From Promethearchaeota archaeon (GTDB lineage Archaea > Asgardarchaeota > Lokiarchaeia > Sigyniarchaeales > SOKP01): DNA of 30,103 bases. The stretch lies in NCBI GenBank assembly GCA_019057795.1, contig JAHLWS010000059.1:1-30103 (forward strand), in the 5' to 3' direction. The position numbers and the translations under genes were made by a program. The notes under the pieces were generated by a model, which ran no database searches, had not been told where the DNA came from, and saw only the letters and a program-made list of their open reading frames with translations. Shown one piece after another: positions 8,767 to 18,868 of the stretch; within the stretch, counting starts at the first letter, position 1, and every line of letters begins with the position of its first letter.

Positions 8767-9315
8767 TTATTTTTGTTTTTTTACCATACTTCTACTAATT
8801 ATTGCAAACAATTCCTCCACATTTTCACCGCTTTTTGAAGAACATTCGATATAACCAATAAAATTATTATCGTTGGCAAATTTAATGGCTTCTTCTTTGG
8901 GAACAGTTCTCATTCCTTCAAGATCGAGCTTGCTTCCAGCTAAAAGTATAGGTAATTTTTGATCGTGAATTTCGTTAGCTTCGTTAAAAACAGTTAACCA
9001 ATCGGTTAGATTTTTAAATGTGACATATCGAGTTATATCGTACATAAAAATAGTTCCTTTAGAGCCCATAACAGCGCCAGGTAAGAGAAATCTAAATTTC
9101 TTTTCTCCGGCAAAATCCCAAATTTGTAGAGAGATTTTTTTACCATCCAGCTCAAGTTTTTTTATATAGAAGTCCATTCCAATCGTAAGTTGATAGGTTT
9201 CTTTAAAAACCCCATTAAGAAAGCGGTGAGTCAAGGTAGTTTTTCCTACTCCCCCATCTCCGAAGATTGGGACCTTAAATTTTAGTGGATGGGGTTCAAA
9301 GTCTGAGTCCTTCAT
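8767..9315 (-). CDS. Rab-like small GTPase
   Basis: GDGGVGKT, TIGMDF (RabF1-like), SLQIWDFAGE, YDIT, SKLD, ECSSK; no prenylation motif. Confidence 0.92.
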   Translation of the reverse strand: MKDSDFEPHPLKFKVPIFGDGGVGKTTLTHRFLNGVFKETYQLTIGMDFYIKKLELDGKKISLQIWDFAGEKKFRFLLPGAVMGSKGTIFMYDITRYVTFKNLTDWLTVFNEANEIHDQKLPILLAGSKLDLEGMRTVPKEEAIKFANDNNFIGYIECSSKSGENVEELFAIISRSMVKKQK

Positions 9316-9495
9316 TTTATCTAATTTAATTTGTTTTATTTTTTAAAGTCAAACAAAAGACCAACAACAATAAATATATCACTAAGATTATTTGAATGTT
9401 TTTTAAAACAAATATTTATTAATAATTAGTAAACAATGAAACACACGATTTTTCTTAGGAAATATTAAAATATTAAAAACAGTTTCAGCATTTAT

Positions 9496-10902
9496 TTAGT
9501 TTTTATTTCTTGATTTTAAAATTTTTGCTCGTTCTCTCAAAATATCCCTAATTCTCTCTTTATCTTGGGTATACCAATTACGAGACAATGTCCACAAAAT
9601 TATACCAGGAATTACAAAAATAGTTATTATCACAGCACTAATTTTATAGTCCTGTCCGAAAATGGATATGAAAATACCTGCGATTAAAGGGCCCATACCA
9701 TAACCGATATTCTCTAAGAATTGATTCCATGAAACAATTTGGCCTTGAGCTTCTGGAAGATTTATTTCTTGTAGGATCGGTGGTTGATTGACCATGTATA
9801 AAGAAGATATGGCGTCAGAACTTAAAATTAAAACACCCATTACATATGTTATAGGAAGCGAAAAGAATAGGACGATGTTTGCCCCTTCTTCAGGCGTTAA
9901 AAAAGGCAATGGTACGAAAAACATTAAAACAAAAGTAATTGACCCTCCTACTAAAGAAAATATAATAAAACCAATCCTTCTGACATCATTTTTCTCTGCT
10001 AACTTATCTGACACTCGAGCGAGTAAAATTTGCCCTATAACGCGTCCAGTAACTCCAAAAATAACGATAAATAATCCTGTTGTTAGTGGAGAGAGATTAT
10101 GTGGAGGCGTTTGTAAATAGGGTAAAATAATCATATCTAAACTTCCCACAAATACACTGGAAAATATTCCTTCAATTAAAGCTGCAACATTAGTGCGAGA
10201 TAGCATAGTTCTACGCATTAATTCTTTATCCATATTAAAATCATATTCAATCGATCGATCATTAAGTACATCTCGTAATTCCTTGCTTTGAACACCCCTT
10301 TTTGGTTCCTTAACGTAAAAAAAAAATATTAAGCCCGAAATAAGAACCGCAATTCCTATACTTAAAAAATATAATCTCCAATACCCAAACTGCACTAAAG
10401 CACCAGATATTAGAAAACCAAGCATCATAAAGACGGATCCAAAAATACCAAAATATCCAAAGAATTTAGAGCGATGTTTTAATGGAACAATATCGTTAGA
10501 TAAGGAAACTATGGCGGGATAACTTCCTCCAGCAAAGAGAGCAAAAATTAGAACAAAAATAAAAAAATACCACCAGGTCTGTATTCCTTGACCGGCAATA
10601 GCGAAACCGAGCATAATCATGCAAAAACTTCTGGCAATAGATATTATTAATAAGATTTTTACTCGTGAATACTTATCAATAAGCCTACCAAGGAATAACC
10701 CTGAAAAAGAAGAAGTCCATAGAAGTGTGGTCATTAAAATTCCCATCTCTAGCGCGTGATAGGGTTCTCCTGGCCAAATTAGCGAAGACAGGGGTACCAT
10801 TAATATAATTATGCCCGCAAAGGCTATACTATTAAATCCATTGAGTAGATATACTGGCCAAATTAATTTATTATAAGATTGGTGAGAATCGTTTAATTCC
10901 AT
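9496..10902 (-). CDS. MFS transporter (spinster-like features)
   Basis: About 12 hydrophobic helices, motif A GRLIDKYSR, and WR..F...EPKRG. ATG at 10902 preferred over TTG at 10914. Confidence 0.88.
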   Translation of the reverse strand: MELNDSHQSYNKLIWPVYLLNGFNSIAFAGIIILMVPLSSLIWPGEPYHALEMGILMTTLLWTSSFSGLFLGRLIDKYSRVKILLIISIARSFCMIMLGFAIAGQGIQTWWYFFIFVLIFALFAGGSYPAIVSLSNDIVPLKHRSKFFGYFGIFGSVFMMLGFLISGALVQFGYWRLYFLSIGIAVLISGLIFFFYVKEPKRGVQSKELRDVLNDRSIEYDFNMDKELMRRTMLSRTNVAALIEGIFSSVFVGSLDMIILPYLQTPPHNLSPLTTGLFIVIFGVTGRVIGQILLARVSDKLAEKNDVRRIGFIIFSLVGGSITFVLMFFVPLPFLTPEEGANIVLFFSLPITYVMGVLILSSDAISSLYMVNQPPILQEINLPEAQGQIVSWNQFLENIGYGMGPLIAGIFISIFGQDYKISAVIITIFVIPGIILWTLSRNWYTQDKERIRDILRERAKILKSRNKN

Positions 10903-11012
10903 TTCTAACTTCAATTCTAAATTCTATAAATTCATAATTATATGAAATGGAAAATGAGAATTCAAATTTTAAATTGATGAAACATTACAGAATTTAAGAG
11001 TTTTTTATTTCA

Positions 11013-12464
11013 TTAAGGTTTTATTTGATGATCTGAGGGAGATGACATCCCTTCATTTGAATCTAAAATGTCAGCTCTTCCCTTTAATATCTCTCTTATG
11101 TTATAAGCATCAGAAGGAAACCATTTTATCGCAAAACCCCATAATATTACTCCGGGAAGAATACATATAGCAATTATTAAAATTGTGGATTGATAATTCA
11201 TGCTTGTCACAGCCAATAGGATTCCACTTAATAAGGGCCCCATACCTCTCCCTAAATTTTCCAAAAATTGATTCCATGAAACTATTTGACCTTGCGCTTC
11301 TGGCAAATTTATTTCTTGTAATAATGGACTTTGATTAACCATATATAGAGAAAAAATAGATCTTGATGCGAAGAACAAAGAACCCATTAACCAAATTATT
11401 GGGAGCGCCATTAAGAAAGGAACATCTTTCCCTTGCTCAATAGTCAAATGGGGCCATGGAATAAAGAAAAAAAGAATAAAAGTAAACAATCCTCCAATAA
11501 TAGCAACGATGATAATTGGTATTCTTATAATAGGTCGCTTTTTAGCTAATTTATCGCTTAACCTTGCTAGTAATAGCTGTCCAATTATTCCACCAGTTAG
11601 CCCAAAAGTAATCATGAAAATGCTAGTTGAAAATTCTGAAATATTGTGAGGTTCATTTTGGATAAGGTTAAGAATTAAGAAGTTAATAGAGCCCATTAGA
11701 ATCTGAGTAAATATTCCTTCAATTAAGGCAACTTTATTAGTTTTACTTAACATTGTTTTAAGCATAGTCTCCCGATTGATTTTAAAGTCGTAAATGACAT
11801 CTTTCTTTTTAAGGATATGTAACAATTCTTCTTGTTGCGCTCCTCTTTTAGGCTCATCGTTATGAATGGCAAAAATTAGGGCACAAATTAAAATACCTAA
11901 TCCAGTACCCCAAAAATACTGTCTCCACAGCCCGTTCTGCACTAAAAATGCTCCAATTAAAAATCCAAAAGTCATAGTAAGAGAGCGAACTATCTCATAA
12001 AAACCAAAAAAACGCGAACGAGAAGCTTTAGGAACGATATCGTTAGACAAAGATATTACGGCGGGCCAGCTTAATCCCGCAAACATCCCAAAAATACTTA
12101 TAAATACTAAGAAATATATCCAAGAGGACGAACCGCCTCCCTCCAATGCAAATCCAAGCATTACTATCGCAAGCCCCCTAAATATTGAAATAATAACGAT
12201 TATCTTTTTACGAGAGTATTTATCAATTAAGTGTCCAAATAATAATCCTGAGATCGAAGCAGACCATGATAGCACTGCAATTAATATTCCCATTTCTAAA
12301 GCGTGAGTTGGCTCAGTTGGCCACATAATTCTTGATATTGGTACGATAAGAAAGATAATCCCGCCCCAGGCAATACTTTGGAACCCATTAAGAAAATAAA
12401 TAGGCCATAATATGCGATTGTAGCTAATAGAATCTGCTGAATTATTAGAATTGATATTTTCCAT
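11013..12464 (-). CDS. MFS transporter, tandem paralog of 9496..10902
   Basis: GHLIDKYSR and EPKRG; shares the block QEINLPEAQGQIVSWNQFLEN with its neighbour. Confidence 0.88.
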   Translation of the reverse strand: MENINSNNSADSISYNRILWPIYFLNGFQSIAWGGIIFLIVPISRIMWPTEPTHALEMGILIAVLSWSASISGLLFGHLIDKYSRKKIIVIISIFRGLAIVMLGFALEGGGSSSWIYFLVFISIFGMFAGLSWPAVISLSNDIVPKASRSRFFGFYEIVRSLTMTFGFLIGAFLVQNGLWRQYFWGTGLGILICALIFAIHNDEPKRGAQQEELLHILKKKDVIYDFKINRETMLKTMLSKTNKVALIEGIFTQILMGSINFLILNLIQNEPHNISEFSTSIFMITFGLTGGIIGQLLLARLSDKLAKKRPIIRIPIIIVAIIGGLFTFILFFFIPWPHLTIEQGKDVPFLMALPIIWLMGSLFFASRSIFSLYMVNQSPLLQEINLPEAQGQIVSWNQFLENLGRGMGPLLSGILLAVTSMNYQSTILIIAICILPGVILWGFAIKWFPSDAYNIREILKGRADILDSNEGMSSPSDHQIKP

Positions 12465-12561
12465 AAGAACTGAGCTCTAATAATAATATCCCTTATATGG
12501 TTTCTAAAATGAGCTTTCTAATATTAATGTAATGAAATATAAAATCCTAAATTTTAATTTG

Positions 12562-13755
12562 TTAATTAGTTTTAATTTTGTTTTTAGAAAGTAGATATAT
12601 AACTAAGCTTAACAACGATAATAGGGATAAAAAGAAAAATGCTAAGTTTGCATCTACCGCAGCGATAAAACCACAAAGTATTGGCGCAAAAAAGAATCCA
12701 ATTCCAATCGCAGTTTCAAAATAAATGCTGTATTTTGAAGTGTTGTTAGCTATATTCCGAAATAGTATTAGTTTGAAAGCAAGGGTATAATAAAAAGAAT
12801 TAAAAATTCCAAACGCACAAAAGAGAATTGCAAAAATAAATAAGTCTTGATTTAATCCCATCAAGAAAAGGGAAAATATTATAATTAAATTGGATATAGG
12901 AATCATTTTTTTGGTGGTTTTTATTTTAAAGTCCATAGATTTTGAAATTGAAATCGTTTGAGTACTCATTCTTAAAAAGAAAAATAGATAATTAGTGAAG
13001 AGAGCGAAATTTAGTATTTCAGATTTAATCGGATAAATTAATCCCATACCTCCAATCAAAAAACCATATATTCCAATCATAAAAAGCGGCAGATATAAAG
13101 GAAAAGAAATGTGCTCTCTTTGAGGAATTACTTTTACTCCTTCGTCAATTGGAACGATAATCTCTTTGTCCAAACTATGAGATGGTTCTTGAATAATTAA
13201 AGCCATACTAAAGCCGAAAATAGCAAAAAATAACGCAAACAAAAACATAATCTGAATATTTTCAATATAAAACAAAATAAAGAAACCTAAAGCGTAGCTA
13301 AAAATTCCTCCAAAATTCCAAGCTAAACTATACTTTTTCATTAATTTATCCTTTAAGGAGTTATTTTTACGATATTCTTCTGAATTTGATATCGCCGAAA
13401 GTGCGCCCATTAAAATTGGCCAAAACAATCCTAAAAATGTTCCATCTAATATTAACAAGAAATAAATTAACAATGGATCTTTTGAAAACTGCAAGATTAC
13501 TTGAACAAATAAGAAGCCTAATGATGATATGATAATCGTAGGTTTTACGCCAAGCTTTTTCTGAACATTTCTAAAGATTAAAGGCGAAAATAAGTATGCC
13601 ATGGCTGTTCCAGAAATAATGAATCCAATAATTTCTGGATTTAATCCTATCTCAATTAAATAAAGTGGAATAGCTAAACCAATCGCCACACCTGTCGCAA
13701 CGCGCGTAAATGCTAAAATAAATATTGGAAATACTCTGTAATTATCTGCTTTCAT
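12562..13755 (-). CDS. MFS-type transporter (divergent)
   Basis: 397 aa with about 12 hydrophobic segments and a central hydrophilic loop. Confidence 0.75.
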   Translation of the reverse strand: MKADNYRVFPIFILAFTRVATGVAIGLAIPLYLIEIGLNPEIIGFIISGTAMAYLFSPLIFRNVQKKLGVKPTIIISSLGFLFVQVILQFSKDPLLIYFLLILDGTFLGLFWPILMGALSAISNSEEYRKNNSLKDKLMKKYSLAWNFGGIFSYALGFFILFYIENIQIMFLFALFFAIFGFSMALIIQEPSHSLDKEIIVPIDEGVKVIPQREHISFPLYLPLFMIGIYGFLIGGMGLIYPIKSEILNFALFTNYLFFFLRMSTQTISISKSMDFKIKTTKKMIPISNLIIIFSLFLMGLNQDLFIFAILFCAFGIFNSFYYTLAFKLILFRNIANNTSKYSIYFETAIGIGFFFAPILCGFIAAVDANLAFFFLSLLSLLSLVIYLLSKNKIKTN

Positions 13756-13982
13756 TATATTAATAAGAAGAATTTGTTAACGGTAATAAGGAAAGCGAAA
13801 TCTTGAACTTAAAGTTTATTAAAATAGCTAAAAGAAGAAGAATATAACTTTTACATAAGTTTCAGAGAAAATGCTAATGATATTCGGTTTTTAAAAGTAA
13901 ATAGAAAAAAATAACGCAAATTCAAATCAAGAATTTAACTCATTCGTGAAATAAAAAGAAAAATAAAATTTTATTTAAATGT

Positions 13983-14393
13983 TTAGTCACTTTCTAAAAA
14001 GCTTTGCATTTCGGTTAATTTTAATAAAAATTTTGGAGCTTTCATTTTTATTTTACGGGCAACAACTTTCTTTATGATATCGCTTTGCGACAGTTTTCCC
14101 TCACCAATCTCATCAAATAGTGCTTTTGTCGTTTTCATCATGCCATCCCAACCAAGTTTTTCCTCTGTTAAGTCCTTCTTATCTTTGTTTTCAATTCCCT
14201 CTACGGAAACTGTTCCTTTGTCAACAGTTACTAAAGCGGCATATTCACCATCTTTTGGATTTAATAAAATCTTAAAGGATTCTTTAGCGAATTTCTCTTT
14301 AAATTTATCAATTGAATTTAATGGCATATAAAGATTAAAAACGCCCTCTGGATAAGTTCCTTCTTTAACCTTACCAAGTTTATTTTCTGACAT
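13983..14393 (-). CDS. SCP2 (sterol carrier protein 2)-like lipid-binding protein
   Basis: Pattern ALVTVDKGTVSVE...WDGMMKTT..LF.EI..G.LS....VVARKIKMK...LLKL resembles the SCP2 fold. ATG at 14393 preferred. Confidence 0.65.
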   Translation of the reverse strand: MSENKLGKVKEGTYPEGVFNLYMPLNSIDKFKEKFAKESFKILLNPKDGEYAALVTVDKGTVSVEGIENKDKKDLTEEKLGWDGMMKTTKALFDEIGEGKLSQSDIIKKVVARKIKMKAPKFLLKLTEMQSFLESD

Positions 14394-14834
14394 ATTTGTC
14401 AATTTTTTTTCTGTATTATTAATAATATATAAAGTTATTTCAACTCCATGAAATATAAATGTTTTAGTGTCTTAATAAAAAGAAAGTTACTTTACCTTAA
14501 TATGAAGCAAGAATATTAGTTTTTATTTCACTTGAGTTTGGACTTTCTTTTTAGAAATAGTTTTTTATATATCTTATTTGTTAGTGGAATAGTTTGAAGA
14601 AAATCAGCGTGACGATACTTATACCCTTGAAGTTTAATCTGTTCTTGCATCTTAACTATCTCAATATTATATATATTTCCTAGTTTACCATGTAAAGTTC
14701 GCATATTAAAGAATTAATATTAAAAAGAATTTTTTCAGTATGATTAGGTTTTTATATAGAAATTCATTTAAGTAAACTTAATTCATCTATAGAATAGAAA
14801 AGTTATTAAAATTTTTGCCCTTTTTTAATAAATA

Positions 14835-15617
14835 ATGCTTGCTGACAATCAGTTAATTAAACGGCTTCAAAATGGAGCGATTCGGGGAATTATCCTCGAT
14901 TTTGATGGAACTATTCTCGATATCAGAAAAACACTTAAAGACGCAATAGAAGAAGTTTACGAGGAAAAACACATTTCAGCGGACATTGAAAGCACAATGC
15001 AAGAAATAGGGGCTTTAATGGAAACAATTCAAGGGCTTCCGCTTCCAAAAATCGTATTGGAGTCTTTCAATTTATTTAAATACATAGAATCGTTCCAACC
15101 GTTAACATATTTAAAAAAACTACGAATAGCAACGAAAATTTTCACGCGTTATCTAGAGTACGCGAAAGATGCATCGTTTTATCCAGAAGCAACTGAATTT
15201 ATTAATAAATATAAAAAAACTTATGATTTATTTATTGTTTCTCACAACCAGACTAAGAATATAATTCCTCATTTAGAAGAAAAAAAAGTAAAAAGCTTTT
15301 TTAAAGGAATTTTTGGAGCAGATCTACTTCCCGCTTTAAAACCCGACCCAAACGCGTTAAACCCTGTTTTTGAAAGTTATAAATCCTGCAAATTGAAGGA
15401 ATTTGTAATGATTGGAGATATGCCTTCAGATATTGAAGCAGGAAGAGAAGCTGGAGTTTGGACGATTGGTGTTGCGAGCGGAGTAAGTAAAAGAGAGATG
15501 TTGGCGAAATTTAACCCAAGCTTATTAATTGACTCGTTAGATGAATTAATTAGAATAATTGAAAATAAAAATTTATCAAATTCAAATACTCAAAATAAGA
15601 TTGAGATAAAATCCTAG
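14835..15617 (+). CDS. HAD-superfamily phosphatase (subfamily IA, C1 cap)
   Basis: Motif I DFDGT, motif II VSH, motif III KPDP, motif IV GDMPSD. Confidence 0.9.
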   Translation: MLADNQLIKRLQNGAIRGIILDFDGTILDIRKTLKDAIEEVYEEKHISADIESTMQEIGALMETIQGLPLPKIVLESFNLFKYIESFQPLTYLKKLRIATKIFTRYLEYAKDASFYPEATEFINKYKKTYDLFIVSHNQTKNIIPHLEEKKVKSFFKGIFGADLLPALKPDPNALNPVFESYKSCKLKEFVMIGDMPSDIEAGREAGVWTIGVASGVSKREMLAKFNPSLLIDSLDELIRIIENKNLSNSNTQNKIEIKS

Positions 15618-15621
15618 GAGG

Positions 15622-17307
15622 ATGAAATTAATGGTGCTTAAAGAAGAATATAAAACTTCAGCAGATACGAGTATTATAAAAACTACTGAAGAAAAAGAAA
15701 AGGAAGATTTAGAGTTTGGTAAACGACACCAGAACTCGATGTATAAAATATTAAAATATAATCCAATCGATCCATTAAACGACCTCTATCGTCGAGCTAT
15801 TGACCAATTGAACATTGGAGAAATAGAGGGAAAACTCCAATATTGGACGGCATTTGTTTATATAAAGTTTTTTGCCCGATTGCTCTGGAATTTTAAAGTA
15901 GAATATCCTTTAGGGAATTTGTTTCCGGAATACGGGGCAGGCATTCTTGTAGGAAGCCACGAGTCTCATTTGGACCCATTCTTCTACGGTTCTGCTTGTC
16001 AAAGAAGAATCCAATACATGAGTAAATTGGATAATTTTAAAACTCCTTTAGTTAAAACGCTTTTTACAAATTTAGGGGCCTTTAAAATAGATCGAAATAA
16101 TCCTGAGCAAGGCTGGGATAGGGCTAAAGAGATTATCAGAGGTGGTGAATGGGTAGGGATTTTCCCTGAAAGTACCCGGTCTAGGGAGGAAACTGGGTGG
16201 GAACTAGGAGAGTTTAAAACGGGGGCAGTTCGACTCGCGATTGAAATGGGTGTGCCGATTGTTCCAATGGCAGTGATTGGGTCTAGAAATGCGTTACCAA
16301 AAGGTAATTTGGTCATGAAACCAACTCAAGTCAAAGTACGCGTAGGTGATCCGATTTACTACGATAAGTATAATATTGACGATGTTTCTTACGAAGAAAT
16401 TAAGAGACTAACCAATGAATTAAGACAGATTGTTCTTGATTTAAGAGAATACGTCATTGTGGACACAAGGAAAAAGAAAAAGGAAGAAGAGCTATCGATT
16501 GGTTCCCCTGAGGATGCTGAAAAACCCAAAAAGTCAAATTCAGCATTGAGATATTTAAAAGATATAGGAATGGGCACATTACAACTTGTTGATGACATCT
16601 GGTACTCCTTCATAAAATCGTTAGAAGTATTAGGACTACGCGAATATTTAGCATCTCCATCGCAAGCTATCTATGGGTGGGCAGTCCATAATTTAGGCAA
16701 CTTAATGATACCATATAAAGCAATTGACTTTGAAAAATATATTCCTGATACCGGGGCAGCAGTTTTTTGTACCAACCACAATTCTGAGTGGGACGTAATT
16801 ATGACTGCGACTTGTATGACATACCATAAAAAACGAATTCTTTTTCAAATGGCGAAACAGGGTTTGTTTAAATTCCCAATCGTTAACGCTTGGGTTAGAA
16901 CCCACCACGCGTTTCCCTTAAAAAGGGGACAACACGACATTGATTCGTATAATTACGCTAAACATCTTCTTGATAACGGAGAATTGGTTATGATGTACCC
17001 CGAAGGAACTACCAATCCAGGCGGTGGTGAACTCCTAGAGGGCCACACAGGTGCTATGCGATTAGCTATTGAAAAGCAAGTACCCATTTTATTAGTAGGA
17101 ATTACGGGTACAGAAAATACGTACCCAAAACACGCTAAGATGTTGAACTTCTATAGGGGATCTATATTAAAAGCAGGACCCCCATTCATGGAACATAAAA
17201 AACATTGGGGCAAACCAATGCCAGATTACGATGAATTAAAGCGTTTAACGGATAATATGATGGCTCAAATTAAAGATTTACTCTTATATGATAGCCCAGA
17301 TGCCTAA
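15622..17307 (+). CDS. Glycerolipid acyltransferase with two tandem PlsC/LPLAT domains
   Basis: Domain 1: HESHLD (HX4D), YMSK, IDR, FPESTR, FKTGA, PIVP. Domain 2: NHNSEWD, QMAK, PLKR, YPEGT, HTGA. GGAGG at 15617-15621 suggests the real start is ATG 15631. Confidence 0.92.
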   Translation: MKLMVLKEEYKTSADTSIIKTTEEKEKEDLEFGKRHQNSMYKILKYNPIDPLNDLYRRAIDQLNIGEIEGKLQYWTAFVYIKFFARLLWNFKVEYPLGNLFPEYGAGILVGSHESHLDPFFYGSACQRRIQYMSKLDNFKTPLVKTLFTNLGAFKIDRNNPEQGWDRAKEIIRGGEWVGIFPESTRSREETGWELGEFKTGAVRLAIEMGVPIVPMAVIGSRNALPKGNLVMKPTQVKVRVGDPIYYDKYNIDDVSYEEIKRLTNELRQIVLDLREYVIVDTRKKKKEEELSIGSPEDAEKPKKSNSALRYLKDIGMGTLQLVDDIWYSFIKSLEVLGLREYLASPSQAIYGWAVHNLGNLMIPYKAIDFEKYIPDTGAAVFCTNHNSEWDVIMTATCMTYHKKRILFQMAKQGLFKFPIVNAWVRTHHAFPLKRGQHDIDSYNYAKHLLDNGELVMMYPEGTTNPGGGELLEGHTGAMRLAIEKQVPILLVGITGTENTYPKHAKMLNFYRGSILKAGPPFMEHKKHWGKPMPDYDELKRLTDNMMAQIKDLLLYDSPDA

Positions 17308-17319
17308 ACGAGAATTAAA

Positions 17320-18396
17320 GTGGAATTAATGGAAGAACCTCAACAAACAGAGAAGAAACAGATCAAAGTTGGGATACCAAGGGCACTTCATTTTTATAGA
17401 TATTTTCCATTTTGGAAAAAATTACTGGAAGAATTAGACGCTGAAATCGTTATAAGTCCCCTTACAAACAAGAAAATCGTTGAGGAAGGCGTAACACACG
17501 GATTCGGGGAGTTGTGTATTCCAGTCAAGATATATTACGGTCAACTCTTAAGGTTAGTAAAAGATCATCCCGATTTAGACTTTGTTTTTGTGCCTAGGTA
17601 TGTTTCGGAAGTAAAAGATTCGTACTTTTGCCCTAAATTTTTGTCTTTACCAGATGTGATTAAAATTCTACCTGACATTCCAAGGATTTTAAATTTTGAA
17701 GTAAACGTTAAAGAGTTTCCGATATCGACAGCTGCCGTTGAACTCGGAAAGCAACTTGGAAAAAACCAAAACAAAGCCTTAAATGCTTATAGAGAAGCGC
17801 AGAAATATTTCGACGAATATCACGACTTTATTCGAGAGGGCGCCTCAGTTAACCACGCTTTAAGGTTAGTCGAAAGAAATCGACCTTTTACCTTACCAAA
17901 AAAAAAAAGCGAAGGAGATATACGATTTTTGCTATTAGGGCATGGTTATAACATATTTGATACTTTTATTAATCTCGATTTTCAAAAAAAATTGAAAGAC
18001 CAAGGAGTTAATCATATTACCATTGAAAACCTGCCAGAATCTATTTTCAAGACGCCCGTTATAGTGAACCCAAGAGGGGCAAAATTACAAAATTATTGGA
18101 GACACGAAGAGGAAATTATGCAGGCTATTCGATTTTTCCTTACGAAGGGACGCGACGAAATAGATGGCGTAATATTCTTAATCAGCTTCGCATGCGGACC
18201 AGATAGCCTTATTTCTGAACTAATCATGAGAGACATGAAAGTTGTAGGACTTCCCTTTTTAGAAATTATTATGGACGAGCATAGCGGGGAAGCCGGATTG
18301 CTCACAAGAGTAGAAAGTTTTGTCGAAATGATCCGAAGAAAGAAAAAGGGATTGACAGTCGGGAGAAGGGATAAATTAACGATTAAATCTGCTTAA
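17320..18396 (+). CDS. DUF2229 / acyl-CoA dehydratase activase-related Fe-S subunit (PlsA C-terminal-half-like)
   Basis: VGIPRAL..Y..FPFW, ELCIPVK, FCPKF, LLGHGYN, SFACGPD, DEHSGEAG..TRVESF. Alternative start ATG 17329. Confidence 0.85.
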   Translation: MELMEEPQQTEKKQIKVGIPRALHFYRYFPFWKKLLEELDAEIVISPLTNKKIVEEGVTHGFGELCIPVKIYYGQLLRLVKDHPDLDFVFVPRYVSEVKDSYFCPKFLSLPDVIKILPDIPRILNFEVNVKEFPISTAAVELGKQLGKNQNKALNAYREAQKYFDEYHDFIREGASVNHALRLVERNRPFTLPKKKSEGDIRFLLLGHGYNIFDTFINLDFQKKLKDQGVNHITIENLPESIFKTPVIVNPRGAKLQNYWRHEEEIMQAIRFFLTKGRDEIDGVIFLISFACGPDSLISELIMRDMKVVGLPFLEIIMDEHSGEAGLLTRVESFVEMIRRKKKGLTVGRRDKLTIKSA

Positions 18397-18566
18397 TGAA
18401 AAAACTATTAACTATTAAACTCTTAGAAGAAAAATCTTATATCTTTAAGAGTAGAATTCTCGAATTTGAAAAAGTATTAGTTGATTATTATATAAAAATA
18501 GCAGATTTAGATACAGAATCAAAAAAAGTCGCATATATTTTCGAAATTCGTGGATTGAACAAATAA
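18396..18566 (+). CDS. Small hypothetical protein (56 aa), not in the ORF track
   Basis: The ATG overlaps the upstream stop (TAATG). Manual translation: MKKLLTIKLLEEKSYIFKSRILEFEKVLVDYYIKIADLDTESKKVAYIFEIRGLNK*; it ends 11 bp before the next ORF. Confidence 0.55.
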   Translation: MKKLLTIKLLEEKSYIFKSRILEFEKVLVDYYIKIADLDTESKKVAYIFEIRGLNK

Positions 18567-18577
18567 AATTAAATAGA

Positions 18578-18868
18578 ATGAGTAATATGAGAGATCCTAA
18601 AAGAATTGGAAGAATATGTAAATTACTGGAAGAAAAGTGGATGGATGCTCCAGAATATCGATTAGGGCAATTTTTACGTGTATTTATTTTTAATTTCGAA
18701 CCTGATAATTATCCAAGTATATTTAGTCAAGAAGATGATAAAACAGAAGAGAGATTATATAATTTAGATATAGATTTAATTAAAATTAAAACTCAAAATC
18801 CTAATGTCTATGTTGAGGATTTGAAAAAAGAAGATTATAGATCATTGAAAGATACTGCCAATTTTTAG
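18578..18868 (+). CDS. Small hypothetical protein of the MRDPKRI type (possibly YihD/DUF1040-like)
   Basis: MRDPKRI.RI..LL...W...P..RLGQ...F..EDD pattern, recalled from small proteins often found in mobile or phage contexts. Confidence 0.6.
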   Translation: MSNMRDPKRIGRICKLLEEKWMDAPEYRLGQFLRVFIFNFEPDNYPSIFSQEDDKTEERLYNLDIDLIKIKTQNPNVYVEDLKKEDYRSLKDTANF

